Below are positions 36,544 to 46,517 of a DNA stretch of 64,000 bases, piece by piece; position 1 is the first letter of the stretch; the number at the start of each line of letters is the position of its first letter. The notes below the pieces were generated by a model, which did not search any database, was not told the origin of the DNA, and saw only the letters and a list, made by a program, of their open reading frames with translations. Source of the DNA: Candidatus Micrarchaeia archaeon (GTDB lineage: Archaea > Micrarchaeota > Micrarchaeia > Anstonellales > Anstonellaceae). The stretch spans positions 107,350-171,349 of the forward strand of contig JBAYHU010000002.1 of assembly GCA_041665945.1 (NCBI GenBank). Reading direction: 5' to 3'. A program made the translations under genes and the position numbers.

Positions 36544-37455
36544 TCACTGGTAAAGTATCTTCGGGGCTATTGCGCCGCGAAGAAGCGTGCCTATTGCCTC
36601 TGAGGATAGCGAGCCGAATATGCCACGCTTCCCGCCGGACGATGAAAGGGCGCACAGGCGCGGCTCGTCGGATTCGATTCCGCCCATTTTCGCAGCCTGT
36701 TTTATTGCGTCTTTCCTGTTGCCAAGCGAATCGACCAGCCCTATTTTCTCAGCCTGCCTGCCGGTCAGTATGCGCGCGTCAAGGATTGTCTTGAAGCCCG
36801 CCATGTCGAGGCGCGAGCCCCTGCCCTCTAAGACTGCGGACTTGAAGTCCTCGAAGCTTTCATCCACTATGCTTTGGAAAACCGCACGCTCCTCCTCGGT
36901 CATGGGGCGGGACGCCGTTCCCATGTCCTTCATGCTGCCCGACTTTACCGAAGTCTCGTTGTAGCCGAGTTTCGCGAACAATCCGGACATGTCGGAAAGC
37001 GTGGCGCGCGCGCCGATGTTGCCAGTGAGCGACAGCGGGTTTGCCACTATGTAGTCCGTCCCTGCCGCGACATAGTAGCCGCCGGATGCCGCCATTTCGT
37101 TTATGTAGGCGACTTTCGACTTGTTGACTGCGCGCAGCGCGTCATAAATCCTGCGGGAGGCGACAGCCGAGCCGCCGGGCGAGTCGATGATTACAAGGAT
37201 GGACTTTATGTCCGGGCGGTTTGCCGCGGACTCTATTTCCTCAGCGATTGTGTCGCCGCCCTTTATTTCGTCTGAAAACAGGGTGGAGGGCGTATCGTCG
37301 CTCACTATCTCGCCTTTTATCTCGACCACGCCCACGCAGCCCGCCATGGGAAGCGCTGCGAATGCGTAGATTGCGACTATTGCAAGCGCGAAAACGAACA
37401 ATCCGCCGATAAGAATCGGGAGGTAATTCTGCCCGTCTGTTTTTTTGAAAGCCAT
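36544..37455 (-). CDS. sppA: Signal peptide peptidase SppA (S49)
   Basis: IDSPGGSA, AASGGYYVA, KSGSMKD, ILTGRQA.KIGLVD. Confidence 0.93.
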   Translation of the reverse strand: MAFKKTDGQNYLPILIGGLFVFALAIVAIYAFAALPMAGCVGVVEIKGEIVSDDTPSTLFSDEIKGGDTIAEEIESAANRPDIKSILVIIDSPGGSAVASRRIYDALRAVNKSKVAYINEMAASGGYYVAAGTDYIVANPLSLTGNIGARATLSDMSGLFAKLGYNETSVKSGSMKDMGTASRPMTEEERAVFQSIVDESFEDFKSAVLEGRGSRLDMAGFKTILDARILTGRQAEKIGLVDSLGNRKDAIKQAAKMGGIESDEPRLCALSSSGGKRGIFGSLSSEAIGTLLRGAIAPKILYQ

Positions 37456-37534
37456 TCCATCCCCTCTCGCACAGGGGATAAAGTATGTTCAAACGTTAAT
37501 AAACTTGCTCTCATGTAAATTAGCGTTGGTCCGC

Positions 37535-38071
37535 ATGGACGTTTTGCAGATGATGGCGCAGGCAGTGATATTCATCCTTCCCTCTTATTTTGCGAACTCC
37601 ATACCCGTTCTTCTGGGAGGGGGCGCCGCAATCGACGGGGGCAGGAAATTTTCCGACGGAAACAGGCTTTTCGGCGACGGAAAGACAATCCGCGGGTTTT
37701 TCGCGGGCATTTTTGCGGCATTGCTTGTCGGCTCGATTCAGGCGGTTTTCCTGCCGGGCACCGCGTGGGACATCTACGGCGGGAATCCGCACACTTACGT
37801 TTATGCGGGGCTCCTGCTCGGCACCGGCACCATGATTGGCGACCTGGCGGGAAGCTTCATCAAAAGGAGGCAGGGAGTCGCGCGAGGGAAGCAGTCGGTC
37901 ATCCTCGACCAGCTCACTTTCCTTTTTGTCGCGCTCGCATTCGCATATCCGATTGCCTCGCGCATGATTACAATTGAGGCAGTTGTTTTCCTGTTCATAC
38001 TCACTTATTTCGCGCACGTCGCAGCGAACGTGCTTGCGCACAAGTGGGGCTTGAAGAAAGTGCCGTGGTAA
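37535..38071 (+). CDS. carS: CDP-archaeol synthase
   Basis: PSYFAN, IDGG....DG.RLFGDGKT.RG, GDLAGSFIKRR, LDQL, LKKVPW. Confidence 0.92.
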   Translation: MDVLQMMAQAVIFILPSYFANSIPVLLGGGAAIDGGRKFSDGNRLFGDGKTIRGFFAGIFAALLVGSIQAVFLPGTAWDIYGGNPHTYVYAGLLLGTGTMIGDLAGSFIKRRQGVARGKQSVILDQLTFLFVALAFAYPIASRMITIEAVVFLFILTYFAHVAANVLAHKWGLKKVPW

Positions 38072-38072
38072 G

Positions 38073-38729
38073 TCAGCATATGTTTCGGTAAGTGATGCAT
38101 CTTAGTTTGTCCAAGAAATCGACGAATTCGATTGCACGGGATACTTCCAGAAAAGCCACTGAGACTGCGACCAAACCATGGTACATCAGATGGTCTGATT
38201 GGCTGTGCATGATGTCGAGGCACATGGCGCCATCGCACATGACCCTCTCGAGTTCGTCGCCAAAGGTCTTCAAAAAAACCGCAAGCCGTTCCTTGTCCAC
38301 TCCGGAAAAAAGCGCGATTGCCTCGTCTTTCCTGTCCTCGAATTTTTGCTTAACAAAATCGTTCATGCTTTTGCGCTCGTAAGGGGTTTCTTCCATCGCA
38401 ATGATGGAAAGCAGGAAATCCCTGAATTTTTTGGAGAATGCCGGGTCGATTTCGGATATCGTTTCCGCCTTGAAGCAGAGGAGCACCATCTCGTGTTTGG
38501 TCACTTTGTTGAAATTCGATTGGTTTGCTTTTACTTCATTTGCGACTTGCGAGGACTGGCTTTTGGAAGACAGAAAAAATGCGTAATCCTTGAATGGCAT
38601 CTTTCGGATAGTTTCCAACTGCGCAGGGTATTTGGCCTGCAGGAATCTGGAATACTTGCCTGAAACCGATAGTGTCAGGGCTGGCCTTTTAACTATGGCT
38701 TCTTTGGCAGTCCAGGCTTTGCGCTCCAT
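38073..38729 (-). CDS. Hypothetical orphan protein
   Basis: 218-aa AT-richer ORF. Confidence 0.55.
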   Translation of the reverse strand: MERKAWTAKEAIVKRPALTLSVSGKYSRFLQAKYPAQLETIRKMPFKDYAFFLSSKSQSSQVANEVKANQSNFNKVTKHEMVLLCFKAETISEIDPAFSKKFRDFLLSIIAMEETPYERKSMNDFVKQKFEDRKDEAIALFSGVDKERLAVFLKTFGDELERVMCDGAMCLDIMHSQSDHLMYHGLVAVSVAFLEVSRAIEFVDFLDKLRCITYRNIC

Positions 38730-38772
38730 GAATATCCAGCTATTCAGAAAAGAAGTGGTTATAAATGTATTT

Positions 38773-39171
38773 TCAAAACAAGACGGTTCCCTTCTCGCCG
38801 TCCACTTGAAGTTCCATCCCGTCTTTCAGCGCAAAAAGCGCGCCTTTTTCCAGCTTGTCCACCATGGGGATTTTCGAGATGATTGCGCCCACGGCAATTA
38901 TCGGCTCTGCCTCTGCGTTGATTATTGCCGCAGGCGCGACTCCGTTTTTCTTGAGCTGGAGCATAACATAGGAGCCGACCGTGGAGCCCTTGCCGCGGGG
39001 GAAAATAAGCACCCTGCCTGCCACGCACTTGCCCTCAATTGCGTGCCCTGCCTCGACAACCATCCCCGTTTTCGGGTCAATGCCGCCGAGGAATGAAATA
39101 GCGTCTTTTGAGACAAGCGCAATGCCCTTGCCGATTCCTCGCGAAATTGACCTTCCTTTTATCGTTGCCAA
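38773..39171 (-). CDS. AcnX small subunit (DUF126), phosphomevalonate dehydratase small subunit
   Basis: ISFLGGIDP.TG, GKGSTVGSY, AIISKIPMVD. Confidence 0.9.
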   Translation of the reverse strand: MATIKGRSISRGIGKGIALVSKDAISFLGGIDPKTGMVVEAGHAIEGKCVAGRVLIFPRGKGSTVGSYVMLQLKKNGVAPAAIINAEAEPIIAVGAIISKIPMVDKLEKGALFALKDGMELQVDGEKGTVLF

Positions 39172-39190
39172 GCTTTCACCTGAAAAATTT

Positions 39191-40363
39191 TCACCTGAAT
39201 ATTATGTCTTCGATGTCGCCGAATATTACCTTCTGCTTCTGGAGTGTCTGGAGGTATTTTGCCGCCTTGCCCGAATTGCACGCTGTTATGTGGAATCCCA
39301 TGTCCTCAAGCGGGCAGACCACCATGCAGGTATCCGCGACCACGCGCCCGCCAGCCTGCGCTATGGTTTCGGTGAAGCCCGCCTTGTCGGCTTTTTCCTT
39401 TGTCTGCCTTGCTGTGCAAACCCATAATTCGCATGCCACCTTCTTCCCTTTCACAAGCGAGGCGACCTCGGAAATTTCATCAAGCGAGGCGTGCGGGCAG
39501 CCAATTGCCACGATTTGCGGGCGTTCAGGCAAGCCCATCTTCGCTTTCATCTCGGAGATTTCCTTTTTGCCAATCGTGATTTTTTCCGGCTTCTCCGCCA
39601 CGGAAAATTCGGGAGTTACCCCCTTCATGTTGAAAAGCGCGTTTGAGCCCCAAGCAGCCATGGAAGCGCCAAGCGCCTTGAGCCGGTCATCGCTTGCCGC
39701 CTTGATTCCCGTGAATGCGACATTCTTTCCTTTTGATGCGCCGCCCACGTATGCCCCAAGCGCGCCGAAATCCGTGGAGGAGGAAAGCGGGCATTCCACA
39801 TGCGCGGCAAAATCGCAAACCCTGTTTTCATCGAGGTGATAGCCGTATTCGGGGGTTGCCCCGCAAATCGCGGCTGCGAGTGCAGAGGGACCGCCTTCGC
39901 GGTTTGTCCGCGCCCCGAGAACTGAATTGCAGAATACTACTGCAGAGGATTCGGACCACGCCACGTGCTCGCCAACCTTCGGGCGGATGCCCACGAGGTA
40001 GGGTGTGCAGGTGCAGCTCTGCGCAATGCCCATTTTCGCGTAAGCCGCAAGCACTTCAAGCTGCTTTTCGGCAAATGCCGCAGGCACTTTCATCTCCTTC
40101 CACTGCTCGCGGTCCATGCCCGCAGGGTTGAGGAAAGATGGAACGCGCACTTTCGCCCCGTTTTTCGCCATGTCGTTCAAGTAGGAGAGGCCGGCTTCGC
40201 CTATTGTCTTGTAGGATACTCCCGCGATTTGGGCGGAAGTGATGGAAACCGTTCGCTTGGCGCCGTAAATCTTCCCGAGGGCGACTAATATTTCCATTGA
40301 CTGGCGGGCTGCCTCGCCCGATTCCCCGTCGAACATTTTTTGCTCCTGCGCACTAAGCTCCAT
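39191..40363 (-). CDS. AcnX large subunit (DUF521), phosphomevalonate dehydratase large subunit
   Basis: GVSYKTIG, CTCTPY, WSESSA, RTNREGGPS, GCPHAS, DTCMVV, SGKAA.Y. Confidence 0.92.
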   Translation of the reverse strand: MELSAQEQKMFDGESGEAARQSMEILVALGKIYGAKRTVSITSAQIAGVSYKTIGEAGLSYLNDMAKNGAKVRVPSFLNPAGMDREQWKEMKVPAAFAEKQLEVLAAYAKMGIAQSCTCTPYLVGIRPKVGEHVAWSESSAVVFCNSVLGARTNREGGPSALAAAICGATPEYGYHLDENRVCDFAAHVECPLSSSTDFGALGAYVGGASKGKNVAFTGIKAASDDRLKALGASMAAWGSNALFNMKGVTPEFSVAEKPEKITIGKKEISEMKAKMGLPERPQIVAIGCPHASLDEISEVASLVKGKKVACELWVCTARQTKEKADKAGFTETIAQAGGRVVADTCMVVCPLEDMGFHITACNSGKAAKYLQTLQKQKVIFGDIEDIIFR

Positions 40364-40367
40364 TGTT

Positions 40368-41933
40368 TCACTTCTTTTTCTTTCCCGGCGGGATGTTAAA
40401 TATGGATGCGTCAAGCCCGCCCTTTTTCCCAAGCTCGCCATTGATGTAGTCGAGAAGGATTTTCTTGAGCCGCGTGTAATCTTCCCTACCCACCTGCTGG
40501 TTGCAGAATGCATAGGCGAGCGCCTTGGCGTTGAAGCAGAACATCGCGTCGTTCACGTTCTCGCAGTTGTGGCAGAAGAACGAGTCCCTTGACGAGTACG
40601 AGCAGTCCACTTCGAAGCAGCCCTTCAGGCTGGTGGAATCGAACACGTTGATGCAGAATTGCGACTGCAAAATCCTGAAATAGCCGCCGAAGATGTGCTC
40701 GGATTTTATCACAGCAGAGGAATACGCGGAATATTTCGAATCCGTGGTGTCCTGCAGCTTGTAGATGACGCTCCCGCCGTAGAGGTTGGGCGTGTCCACG
40801 CACCTGTCGTGCACCCCGTCCACGAATTCGTGGGAGAACAGCGCTACTTTTGAAACGCGCGAAAGCGCCTCGCGCAGGGTGAGCTCCTCGCCGGGCTTGA
40901 TTGCGATTGGATGCTGCCTCGACGCTTCTATTCCCTCCTCGTGAGTCACCAGCCTGTCTGCGGGTATGTCCTTTATCGTGGGCAATGCGCCCACCTTGTA
41001 AGTCGGCGTGCCCTTCGCGCCCTTCACCTTTTTCACCGGAATGGCGCGAGTCAGTAGCCACTTGCCGAAGCGCCTGATGTCTTTATGCTCCTGCCCGAGC
41101 ACTATGCGGCAGGTGGAGGAAAACGCCTCCTCGATTTTCGGCGGGGGCGGGCTGTCAAACGCGATTTTCTCCTCGGGAATGCCCTTTTTGTCCCTGCCGA
41201 AATAGGCGATGTCCGCAACCGAGAAAAGCCTCTTCTTGCTGCGAAGCTCGCCCGCCATTTCGGACAGGAGCTTTTTCTTGAGGCGCAAAAACTCGTCTTT
41301 CGGAAGCTCGAGATTGCCGATTACGTTGCGCTTGGAGTGGAGGTTGAAGGCGAAGATGCAATTCGAGCATCCCACGCAGTTGAAGGAGTAGTACATGTCC
41401 GAGAGGCTGGTGCCGAAATAAGTCTCGAAGCAGCGGCTCGCCCCCACTCCGTCGCACATCCTCATGCCGAACTGCGCCTTGGGAAAGCCGCACACGCCGA
41501 ACACGTATTCCGCCTCGCGGAGCGTGGAAACGTACGCGCCGCATTTCACCTGATAGAGGCTGTGCCCGTGGAATATCGAGGACGAATCCACGCAGTTGTC
41601 CACGTCCGAAACCTCGGTGTTCCTGCCGAAGAGCTTGTTGCCGCAGAAAACCGCGCGCTCGGAAGCCGCGGAGAAAAGCGAATCGATGTCCTTTATTTCA
41701 TTGATATCAAGCGGGGGGAATTTCACCAGCGGGATTTCCTCCTGCGAGATGAATTTCCCGTCCTGCGGATAGAAGCTGTTCGAGACCATGACCGGTTTTC
41801 CCGAGACAAACGAGCGCTTCATCTGATAGGGGAACATCATTTCCTCGAAGTAGGGCGCAAAATCGCGCAGGCTGCCTATTTCCTCGCCGAAAATGACTTT
41901 CGATGTTGATTTGAATGCCTGCTCGACGTCCAT
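40368..41933 (-). CDS. Uncharacterised protein of two tandem Cys-rich beta-solenoid-like modules
   Basis: Internal duplication (EQAFKSTSKVIFG / EEAFSSTCRIVLG; FNCVGCSNCIFAFNL / HNCENVNDAMFCFNA). Confidence 0.8.
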   Translation of the reverse strand: MDVEQAFKSTSKVIFGEEIGSLRDFAPYFEEMMFPYQMKRSFVSGKPVMVSNSFYPQDGKFISQEEIPLVKFPPLDINEIKDIDSLFSAASERAVFCGNKLFGRNTEVSDVDNCVDSSSIFHGHSLYQVKCGAYVSTLREAEYVFGVCGFPKAQFGMRMCDGVGASRCFETYFGTSLSDMYYSFNCVGCSNCIFAFNLHSKRNVIGNLELPKDEFLRLKKKLLSEMAGELRSKKRLFSVADIAYFGRDKKGIPEEKIAFDSPPPPKIEEAFSSTCRIVLGQEHKDIRRFGKWLLTRAIPVKKVKGAKGTPTYKVGALPTIKDIPADRLVTHEEGIEASRQHPIAIKPGEELTLREALSRVSKVALFSHEFVDGVHDRCVDTPNLYGGSVIYKLQDTTDSKYSAYSSAVIKSEHIFGGYFRILQSQFCINVFDSTSLKGCFEVDCSYSSRDSFFCHNCENVNDAMFCFNAKALAYAFCNQQVGREDYTRLKKILLDYINGELGKKGGLDASIFNIPPGKKKK

Positions 41934-41941
41934 TAACGCAC

Positions 41942-43258
41942 CTAGACGTAGTCCTCCGCGTTGACCTTCATCCATCCGGCTTTCGTGAAATTCTTCCCGT
42001 GCGCCACAAGCGGCTTTGTGGCGTCGATGCCCATCTTGGATGTCGCGTAAGTGTGCGGGTCCGCCGAGGGGTCGAGGGATGAGCCTTTTTGGTTGCTTAG
42101 GATGACGATGTCCTTGTCAGCTTGTGCACGGGTTGCGATTGCCCATTCAACAGAGGCAGGAGAATAGATGTCAATGTCATCGTCCACAATGACAACGTGC
42201 TTGAGGGACTTGTGCCCTGCGAATGCCGCGGCAATCGCCTTCTTTCCGTCGTCCTCGTTTTTCTTTTTTATGCCGACAACGGCGTGCAGCCACGAGCAGC
42301 CGCCGGGCGTGATGTTTACCCCTGTGCAGGTTGCGACCTTGTTCACTTCATTCCAGATGGTAGGCTCTCTTGGCATGCCCATGAGTATCTTGTGCTCAAG
42401 GCAGCCAGGCAAAAGCACGTGCCAGATTGGCTCCTTGCGGTGGTGCAACTTCTTGAATTCCACTATGCGCTGGCTGCGGACAACGTCGTAAGTTTCCGTG
42501 AGGTCAACGAAAGGGCCTTCATCGTGCATCTTGCTTGTGATTCGGGCTTCGAAAACGAATTCCGCATCCGCGGGCACCTCGATTCCGCTTTCGAGTTTTA
42601 CCGTGCGAAGCGGCATGAGGGAATTTGCGATTTCCATTTCGTTCTTGCCAAGCTCGACCGAGGTCGCTGCGGCAAGGAGAAAATTGATTGGAGCACCCAC
42701 GACTATTGCGACATCCAATTCTCCGCCGTTGCGGCTTATGAATTCCTCAAGATGCCTGTGGAGGATGCGCGCGACAACGCGGTTCTTGTCAAGCACCATC
42801 ATCCTGTGGAACGAGCAGTTCTGCCCCAGTTCCTTGTCCTTTGCAATCACGACCGCGGATGAGAAGTAAGCGCCGCCGTCCTTGGGCGCATGCACCGGAA
42901 TCGGGAGTTTCGTGAGGTCGACTTCCCCCGAAACTTCAAGAACCGGCGCGTCTTTCGCAGGAATAACACGCGGCTTGGATGGGTTGTTTATCGCATGGAT
43001 GAGTTTTGGCATAAGCTCGCTTTGCTTTATTCCGAAGTAATCGCAGATAAGTTCCCTCGTCGAGAAAATATTGCCTGCAACGCGCGCGCCTGAAAGTTCC
43101 GAGATTTTTTCCGAGTAAACTGGCTTTCCGTCAAGCGCGGCAAGAACGCCGGCAAGCTCAAGCTTCAGTGAAGCGGGTTTTTTCAGCTCCACGAGTTTCT
43201 TTTCCTTTTTCAATTGCGCTATGAAATCCCTGAAGCTTTTTTCATTGTCCTTTGCCAT
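41942..43258 (-). CDS. UbiD-family decarboxylase (probable anhydromevalonate phosphate decarboxylase)
   Basis: DLTKLPIP....DGG.Y, EGPFVDLT.TYD, GGCSWLH, GSSLDPS, KMGIDAT; context with AcnX, UbiX and IPK. Confidence 0.88.
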   Translation of the reverse strand: MAKDNEKSFRDFIAQLKKEKKLVELKKPASLKLELAGVLAALDGKPVYSEKISELSGARVAGNIFSTRELICDYFGIKQSELMPKLIHAINNPSKPRVIPAKDAPVLEVSGEVDLTKLPIPVHAPKDGGAYFSSAVVIAKDKELGQNCSFHRMMVLDKNRVVARILHRHLEEFISRNGGELDVAIVVGAPINFLLAAATSVELGKNEMEIANSLMPLRTVKLESGIEVPADAEFVFEARITSKMHDEGPFVDLTETYDVVRSQRIVEFKKLHHRKEPIWHVLLPGCLEHKILMGMPREPTIWNEVNKVATCTGVNITPGGCSWLHAVVGIKKKNEDDGKKAIAAAFAGHKSLKHVVIVDDDIDIYSPASVEWAIATRAQADKDIVILSNQKGSSLDPSADPHTYATSKMGIDATKPLVAHGKNFTKAGWMKVNAEDYV

Positions 43259-43787
43259 CTTTCCACCTTTTGAACATCTTGTTTTCAACGCCTATCTGGT
43301 CAAGCGTTTTTCCCACGACGAAATCCACCATGTCCGAAACTGTTTTCGGCTTGTGGTAAAAGCCCGGGCACGCAGGCAGGATTACTCCGCCGGCAAGCGT
43401 GATTGTCTCCATGTTTTTCAGCGCTATGTAGGAGAGAGGGGTTTCGCGAACGACGAGGACAAGCTTTTTCCTCTCCTTGAGCGCGACTTCGGAGGCGCGA
43501 GTGATTAGCGTGTTGCCAACTCCGTTGGCTATTTCGCCAAGCGTTTTGAGAGAGCAGGGGCAGATTACCACTGCGTCGGCGGCGTTTGAGCCGGATGCAA
43601 AGGGGGAGGAGAAGTCCGATTCGGAATAGTCGCATTTCGGGAGGGTTTCGCCTTCGGCTTTTGCGACTTTTTCCGCCCCGGAACTTGCCACGACTGCGAC
43701 ATCATGCTTTCCCGCGCGGAGAACCTCTGCCAGCCGCAGACCATAGGCTATGCCCGAAGCTCCGGTTATCGCCAATAAAATGCGCAT
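43242..43787 (-). CDS. ubiX: Flavin prenyltransferase UbiX
   Basis: ITGASG, ASGS, PCSLKTL, LKERKKLVLVVRETP, PGFYHKP. Confidence 0.93.
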   Translation of the reverse strand: MRILLAITGASGIAYGLRLAEVLRAGKHDVAVVASSGAEKVAKAEGETLPKCDYSESDFSSPFASGSNAADAVVICPCSLKTLGEIANGVGNTLITRASEVALKERKKLVLVVRETPLSYIALKNMETITLAGGVILPACPGFYHKPKTVSDMVDFVVGKTLDQIGVENKMFKRWKDGKGQ

Positions 43788-43838
43788 ATTGTCCTTTCTC
43801 CTCCACCATTTTAAAGGGGTTTTGCCTATAGGGAGGAT

Positions 43839-44594
43839 ATGCAGATACTCAAGCTCGGCGGCAGCGCCATCACGAAGAAATCCGGCTATATGCAGGCAGA
43901 TAAAGTAGGCATTTCGCGGCTTGCGAAGGCGGTGTCGCTGGTGTGGCACAAGGGCTGCACCGACATGGTGCTGGTCAACGGAGCCGGCTCATTCGGGCAC
44001 GCCCCTGTCCTTCGCTTCGGCATAGGGGACGGAGTGAAAACCGAAAAGCAGAAGCTCGGCTTTTGCATCACGCACGCGGCTGTTGCGAGCCTGTCCTCGC
44101 TTGTTGTAGAGGAACTGTTGCGAAACGGCGTGCCTGCGATTGCAATCCCGCCTGCAGCGGTAATTCGGCAGAGGAACAAGCGCATCGTAAGATTCGACAC
44201 GCGCCCTGTTTTTGAGTACCTGAAAGCGGGCTACCTGCCGGTGCTTTACGGAGATATGGTGCCTGACGAAAAACTTGGCGGCTCGGTCTGCTCGGGCGAC
44301 CAGATTGTTTCATACTTGGGAAAGAAGGCGAAGCGCGTGGTTCTCGCCTCGAATGTCGAGGGGATTCTCGCGAACGGCAAGCTCGTGCCGAAAATAACGC
44401 ACAGGAATTTCGCCGAGGTAAGGGAGCACCTCGGGCAGTCGGGCTCGCCTGATGTCACGGGCGGCATGGCGGGAAAAATAGCCGAGCTTCTGAAGGTAAA
44501 GGCGCCCTGCTTCATAGTGAGCGCGCACAAGCCGGAGAGGATTCAGGCTCTGCTTCTTGGCAAAAAGGCGGTTTGCACCGAGATTAGGTTCTAG
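43839..44594 (+). CDS. Isopentenyl phosphate kinase
   Basis: ILKLGGSAITKK, GAGSFGH, PVLYGD, SGDQIV, DVTGGMAGK. Confidence 0.9.
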   Translation: MQILKLGGSAITKKSGYMQADKVGISRLAKAVSLVWHKGCTDMVLVNGAGSFGHAPVLRFGIGDGVKTEKQKLGFCITHAAVASLSSLVVEELLRNGVPAIAIPPAAVIRQRNKRIVRFDTRPVFEYLKAGYLPVLYGDMVPDEKLGGSVCSGDQIVSYLGKKAKRVVLASNVEGILANGKLVPKITHRNFAEVREHLGQSGSPDVTGGMAGKIAELLKVKAPCFIVSAHKPERIQALLLGKKAVCTEIRF

Positions 44595-44650
44595 ATTTGC
44601 AATCGCACGTGGAATAGGAGCTCCGCTAAGGAAGTAAAAAAACGTCCAAG

Positions 44651-45418
44651 CTACCTTATGTAGCTCAAATCGTGCTTGCCGTGCTCGGATGGCATGGTCA
44701 TGCCCTTTGCAGCCATTGCCTCCTTCTCCATCTTCTTGGCGAATACTTCGGATTCCTTTGCCCTCTGGTCGAGCTTCTTGGAATCCACCTTTACGTCGAC
44801 AATCTTGCAGAGGACTTCAAGCACGGACTGCGCGGATTTCGCGTCCACGAACCCGCCGTGCGTCTCGCCCATGAGGCAAAGCCCGGGCATCTTGCGGAGC
44901 TTGCCAAGCCCCAGAAGGAGCCCTGCAGCGCCGATTATCGAGCCCTTGGACTCGCCGAATATCACGCCGTATTTCTTGTAGGTTTCCACCATGGGCTTGT
45001 CGCTGACAATCCCGAAAACGCGGGGAGTGGTGTGCACCTTGCCCGTGCCGTAGCCGCCGAGCGTGATTGTCATCTTCACGCCGACTTTCTGGCAGTAGTC
45101 AAGCATCTTGCCCGTCGCCTCGTACTGCGCTTCGGAGGTGACGGCCTGCACGTCGCCAACAAGGAAAAGAAGGTCGTTTTTCTTGCCCTTCACGTGGTAA
45201 AAGCGGTTCTTTATCATGCGCATTACGCCGTTTTTCTGCATGATTACCTGGTGCGGGAAGTGCGGGGAGTAAAGATGCGCCACCTGCTTTGCGCCAAGCT
45301 CGTGAATCATGTGGTCTGCCGCGATTTTGCCGACCAAGCCGATGCCGGGCAGGCCCTCGATTAAAATCGGGTTCTTCATTTTCACTTTTGCGATTTCAAC
45401 GATGGTGGTTTTGTCCAT
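44651..45418 (-). CDS. Proteasome assembly chaperone PAC2 family
   Basis: EGLPGIGLVGK, ITLGG, IIGAAGLLLG, CLMGET.G..VD. Confidence 0.9.
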   Translation of the reverse strand: MDKTTIVEIAKVKMKNPILIEGLPGIGLVGKIAADHMIHELGAKQVAHLYSPHFPHQVIMQKNGVMRMIKNRFYHVKGKKNDLLFLVGDVQAVTSEAQYEATGKMLDYCQKVGVKMTITLGGYGTGKVHTTPRVFGIVSDKPMVETYKKYGVIFGESKGSIIGAAGLLLGLGKLRKMPGLCLMGETHGGFVDAKSAQSVLEVLCKIVDVKVDSKKLDQRAKESEVFAKKMEKEAMAAKGMTMPSEHGKHDLSYIR

Positions 45419-45423
45419 AAATA

Positions 45424-45570
45424 TCAACTTTCCCTTGCCTGCCGCCTGTATGCGGCGTATTTGTCATCTATGGAAAACCGTGCCGGGTGCGGATTTTTCG
45501 TCACTGCTCCGCAGTGCGTTGCCTTAAGCGTATAGGCGCCGCAGGCAGGGCATTTGCGCATGATTTTCAT
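45424..45570 (-). CDS. nop10: H/ACA RNP protein Nop10 (48 aa, not in ORF track)
   Basis: Own translation: MKIMRKCPACGAYTLKATHCGAVTKNPHPARFSIDDKYAAYRRQARES*; conserved position between aIF2alpha and PAC2. Confidence 0.93.
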   Translation of the reverse strand: MKIMRKCPACGAYTLKATHCGAVTKNPHPARFSIDDKYAAYRRQARES

Positions 45571-45670
45571 CTTTTCTCCCCTGTTTTCCTTAAGTAAAGT
45601 GGATTTGCGCAGTTATATAAAGCCATGTTTTCGTCAGGCGTAAAAAAGAAGCGGAAAATGGCACGCTTGC

Positions 45671-46450
45671 TTACTTGCTTGCTTCCATTCGCGTGAATTC
45701 CATTGCCGAGTGGGACTCCTTTGCGAATGCGGTTATGGACTCGACAATGGATTCCATTGCCTTGTCAGCCGCCTTGAAGTCGTCGGCGACAACGCGTATC
45801 TGGTATTTCGGGGCGCCAAGATAGAGGATTTGCACTTCGGCGCCTTTCGGCTTTGCGAAGGATGAAAGGGCTTTCTTCACCACTTCCACGCCGTTGGGGG
45901 CGAATGATGTGAACGTGAGCATGCCGTCAAGCTCGGACTTCGCCTTCTTCATGTTCTTGGAGGCGACTTCAAGCAACGCGGCTGCGAGCCCCTTCTCAAT
46001 CTTCAGGCCCGCGACTGACTCCTCGCCCTTCTCGCCGATTGCCTCTATTGCGTCGATGATGTTGCCGTACTTGCCCGCGAGCGCGGTCCTCGCCGCCATG
46101 GACTCGTGGGTGGTGGATTTCGCGATTTTTACGGCGACTTCGAAGAGCTTCTCCGCGCGCTTCTCGCGGCGGTTGCCCTCAATTTTGAGCTTGCGCTCGG
46201 ATTCGGTGACGCGCTTTAATGAGAGGTCGATTTGGTTCTTTTCCAAGTCGAGGTGGTAGACTTTCGCCACCAGCTTCTGCCCGTCGTGGAGGAATTCGTG
46301 GATGTTTTTTATCCAGCGGGGCGCGACTTCTGAGATGTGCACGAACGCCTCGCGGGCGGCGTACTCGTCAAGCGAGCAAAACGCGCCGTAGGGCATGATT
46401 TTCTTCACTGTCACAAGGACAAGTTCATCCTGTTCGGGCATATCCGCCAT
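45671..46450 (-). CDS. eif2a: Translation initiation factor aIF2 alpha
   Basis: S1 domain YGAFCSLDEY, HISEVA, IDLSLKRV, YLGAPKY. Confidence 0.95.
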   Translation of the reverse strand: MADMPEQDELVLVTVKKIMPYGAFCSLDEYAAREAFVHISEVAPRWIKNIHEFLHDGQKLVAKVYHLDLEKNQIDLSLKRVTESERKLKIEGNRREKRAEKLFEVAVKIAKSTTHESMAARTALAGKYGNIIDAIEAIGEKGEESVAGLKIEKGLAAALLEVASKNMKKAKSELDGMLTFTSFAPNGVEVVKKALSSFAKPKGAEVQILYLGAPKYQIRVVADDFKAADKAMESIVESITAFAKESHSAMEFTRMEASK

Positions 46451-46517
46451 AATAAACGTCTTCCGCCGGCTTTGCCGGCTATTGCTCCGCTACCGGAGTT
46501 GCAGTATGTTTCGCTCT

